Source: Leptolyngbya sp.
GTDB taxonomy: Bacteria; Cyanobacteriota; Cyanobacteriia; Phormidesmidales; Phormidesmidaceae
Length of the DNA: 64,000 nt
Assembly (NCBI GenBank): GCA_040381765.1
Contig: JBEIGU010000002.1
Coordinates: 9,298 to 73,297, forward strand
Direction of reading: 5' to 3'
In this document: positions 61,333-64,000 of the stretch, one piece after another
Layout: the number at the start of each line of letters is the position of its first letter
How positions within the stretch are numbered: the stretch's first letter is position 1
The notes under the pieces: generated by a model
The model's database searches: none
The model's input: only the letters and a program-made list of their open reading frames with translations
Told to the model about the DNA's origin: nothing
Made by a program: the position numbers and the translations under genes

Positions 61333-63075
61333 TCAAGACTGGGAGGGTTGTAACACCTGGCGTAATTCCCCCACCACTGGCACTAGTTGTTCTGCCTGCT
61401 GGAGGGAATAATCCGCCAGGGCATTCCAGGCCGCCCCCAGTAACCGGTTCACCGTAATGTCATCCTTCACCAGAATCCACAGGCGTTGCACCTCTTCAGT
61501 ATGCAGGCGATCGTCCTCCGTCAGGGCCAGCAGGATCATCTGTCGTAGGCGGGTACCTTCCTCAGACATCAGGTAACGCAGGCCCAGACCAGCGGTGGGA
61601 AGAACATCAAAGCTGGTGTCACTGCGGGCGATCGCCAGCATATTTTCCAGCCGCTGCCACTGTAGCTGGCCATCCTTAAACAGTATCTCCAGCAACCGCT
61701 GCCGCAGGCTAGGGGTTTCCCCGAGTAATAGGCGCCGGGCAACGTAGGGATAGGCCACATCGACGATCTTAAAGTCGGGGTTGAGGCTCAGGGCTAGGCC
61801 CTCCTGGGTGACCAGGGAACGGATAATCAGGGCAAACTTGGCGGGCACCCGAAAGGGATACTCGTACATCAGCTCAGAAAACTGATCGGTGATGGTTTTA
61901 AAGTTAAAGTCCCGCACCTTGGCTCCCATGGTATCCCCCAGTACCCGCTGGAGGGCTGGAATAATCGGCCCCAGATCCGTCTTTGGGGTCAAAAACCCCA
62001 GCTTGACGAAGGCCTGACCCAGGCGTTCAAAGTCCTGGTTAATCAGGTATACCACCGCATCCACCAGGGTTTCCTTGGTCTCCTGGTTGAGCTGATCCAT
62101 CATGCCAAAGTCGATGTAGGCCATGCGGCCATCGGCCATGGCAAACAGGTTGCCGGGGTGGGGGTCGGCATGGAAGAAGCCAAACTCTAGCAGTTGCCGC
62201 AACCCGGCGGTCACCCCGATTTCAATCAGGCGATCGCGATCCAGGTTGGCGGCGGCAATGGTTTTCACATCAATCAGCTTAGAGCCCTCGATCCACTCCA
62301 GGGTGAGGACTCGATGGGTACTGTAGGGCCAGTGGATGCAGGGCACCTTCACCGTAGGATCGGTGTTAAAGTTTTCGGCGAACCGTTCCGCATTGCGCCC
62401 TTCATTCAGGTAGTCAATTTCCTCAAATAGTTTGGTGCCAAACTCATCGACGATCAGGGTGAGATCATGACCCAGGTTAAGGGGCAAAAAGCGCCCTAGC
62501 CAGCTGGCTGCCCAGCGCATCAGGAACAAATCCCGACAGATCATCGGTCGCAGGTTGGGCCGCTGCACCTTGACCGCCACCTCCTCCCCAGAAAACAACC
62601 GGGCCCGATAGACCTGGCCCAGGCTGGCGGCGGCCACGGGGGCGGGGGATAGGGAGCTGAAGAGTTCCTCCGGGCTGCGCTCCAGTTCCGCCTCGATAAT
62701 GGCCCGGGCCAGGGGGGTGGGGAAGGGGGGGAGTTGATCCTGCAGTTTGATCAGCTCCTCCAGAAAATCCTTACGCACCAGGTCAGGACGGGTGGAGAGG
62801 GCCTGTCCTACCTTAATAAAGGTGGGGCCCAGATTGGTTAACACCTGGCGCAGTTGGACCGCCCGCCGGGGTTGGTTCTGGGCTTCTCGACCAAACCAGC
62901 GATCGCTCTGCAACCCCAGCACAAAGGTGCCTAACCACCAGCAGATCTGCAGAATCCGCCAGCCCACGCTCCAAAATCGCCAGCGGTAGTAGCGATCGAT
63001 GACCAGGGGGTCATAGGTTTGTAGGGAACCGGGGTCTACAGCTGTCACCGCGCCATCACCTCTAGCTGGGAACAC
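61333..63075 (-). CDS. ABC1/UbiB (AarF) family atypical kinase
   Basis: LGPTFIKVGQALSTRPD, AAASLGQVY, VAVKVQRP, FHADPHPGN, IDFG. Confidence 0.95.
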   Translation of the reverse strand: MFPARGDGAVTAVDPGSLQTYDPLVIDRYYRWRFWSVGWRILQICWWLGTFVLGLQSDRWFGREAQNQPRRAVQLRQVLTNLGPTFIKVGQALSTRPDLVRKDFLEELIKLQDQLPPFPTPLARAIIEAELERSPEELFSSLSPAPVAAASLGQVYRARLFSGEEVAVKVQRPNLRPMICRDLFLMRWAASWLGRFLPLNLGHDLTLIVDEFGTKLFEEIDYLNEGRNAERFAENFNTDPTVKVPCIHWPYSTHRVLTLEWIEGSKLIDVKTIAAANLDRDRLIEIGVTAGLRQLLEFGFFHADPHPGNLFAMADGRMAYIDFGMMDQLNQETKETLVDAVVYLINQDFERLGQAFVKLGFLTPKTDLGPIIPALQRVLGDTMGAKVRDFNFKTITDQFSELMYEYPFRVPAKFALIIRSLVTQEGLALSLNPDFKIVDVAYPYVARRLLLGETPSLRQRLLEILFKDGQLQWQRLENMLAIARSDTSFDVLPTAGLGLRYLMSEEGTRLRQMILLALTEDDRLHTEEVQRLWILVKDDITVNRLLGAAWNALADYSLQQAEQLVPVVGELRQVLQPSQS

Positions 63076-63337
63076 ATCGTTGTAGTCAGGGACCTGGGAC
63101 TCGATAGGTGGTCAACCGGCACTCCAGAGGGTTATGGCCGAAGATCTCCCTGCAAATCCCTAGCTGGATATAGCCCAGCTAACCCATGGAAAACGGTAAG
63201 GAAACTAGCAATCTTGAAATCCTTAACTATAGTATAGAAAACTACAAACAACTTTGGAGTTGACTGGTTAAACGACTTTCACCAATGGCTAGGATTGAGA
63301 CCGAGCCAGATCTAAGCTCCTGCTCCCTCCCAGGAGG

Positions 63338-64000
63338 CTAGCTGACTCTGCCAGCCACGGCGGCAGTGAGGCCCACCTGGGCCAGGGCGGCCTTTAACTC
63401 CACCACCACCCGCTCCTGCTGGTCAACCCGGAGCTCGGGAAACATGGGCAGGGAGAGTACCTGGTGGGCGGCGGTTTCGGAGGCCGGCAGGTCCCCTGGT
63501 TGGTAGCCGAGATGGCGGTAAACCGGCTGCAGGTGCAGGGGCAGGGGATAGTAGACGGCGGTAATCACCCCAGCCTGGCGCAGCCGCTGTTGCACCTGAT
63601 CCCGCTGACCGCCGCCGGCGGTAGCCCCCGCCAATCTGATGGTGTATTGGTTCCAAACCCCCAGGCCCAGGCCCCCCTGCTGGGGGCAAACCACCTCTTC
63701 CAGACCACTCAGCAGCTGTTGGTAGGTGGTGGCAATCTGGCGGCGCCGTTGATTCCAGTCCTCCAGATGGCCTAGTTTGATGGCCAGGATGGCCGCCTGA
63801 ACCGAGTCAAGGCGACTATTAACCCCGATCTCCTCGTGGTGGTATTTCACCCGGCTGCCGTGTTCCCGTAGCATGGTCATGGTGGCGGCCAGATCGCCGT
63901 CGTTGGTGGTGATGGCGCCGCCATCCCCGCAGCCCCCCAGATTTTTGGTGGGGTAAAAGCTAAAGCAGCCCACCTGGCCAATGCTACCCACCGCCTGCCC
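63338..64000 (-). CDS. DegT/DnrJ/EryC1/StrS aminotransferase, 3' part (start lies beyond the window)
   Basis: [37 protein letters not shown]; frame open to base 64000. Confidence 0.93.
   Translation of the reverse strand, partial: GQAVGSIGQVGCFSFYPTKNLGGCGDGGAITTNDGDLAATMTMLREHGSRVKYHHEEIGVNSRLDSVQAAILAIKLGHLEDWNQRRRQIATTYQQLLSGLEEVVCPQQGGLGLGVWNQYTIRLAGATAGGGQRDQVQQRLRQAGVITAVYYPLPLHLQPVYRHLGYQPGDLPASETAAHQVLSLPMFPELRVDQQERVVVELKAALAQVGLTAAVAGRVS

Overview
Core chromosomal region of a cyanobacterium. Evidence: roughly 40-50 HIP1 octamers (GCGATCGC) counted by eye, plus cyanobacterial-type genes (bifunctional panC-cmk, desB, stand-alone groEL2 with CIRCE, natFGH-bgtA, pacS, sphS-like kinase). 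About 58 CDSs, mostly housekeeping: aroE, aroB, purM, ilvD, gpmI, secG, rpsB-tsf, recG, ssb, rpsU, ureD. Others are envelope genes (rlpA, rodZ-like, M23 peptidase, ampG, D-Ala-D-Ala dipeptidase, GT-C and GT1 glycosyltransferases) or conserved hypotheticals. I found no rRNA, tRNA, CRISPR array, intact transposase, integrase or prophage, and no self-evident large novel system. Best non-coding leads: a perfect 40-bp palindrome carrying mirror-image TATAAT boxes upstream of the M23 peptidase, two families of dispersed intergenic repeats (one MITE-like, one next to REP-like hairpins), and a MerR-type operator/promoter for pacS overlapping the upstream stop codon. Best protein leads: a sulfatase-fold protein with a non-canonical TxPSH active site next to GDPD/MATE/MacB-type genes, a possible cryptic FtsL/FtsB-like protein upstream of ampG, and a barrel-less porin-type SLH protein paired with a TPR protein. 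All product calls come from motifs recognised by eye, with no database searches. Several starts were moved to downstream ATG/GTG codons.
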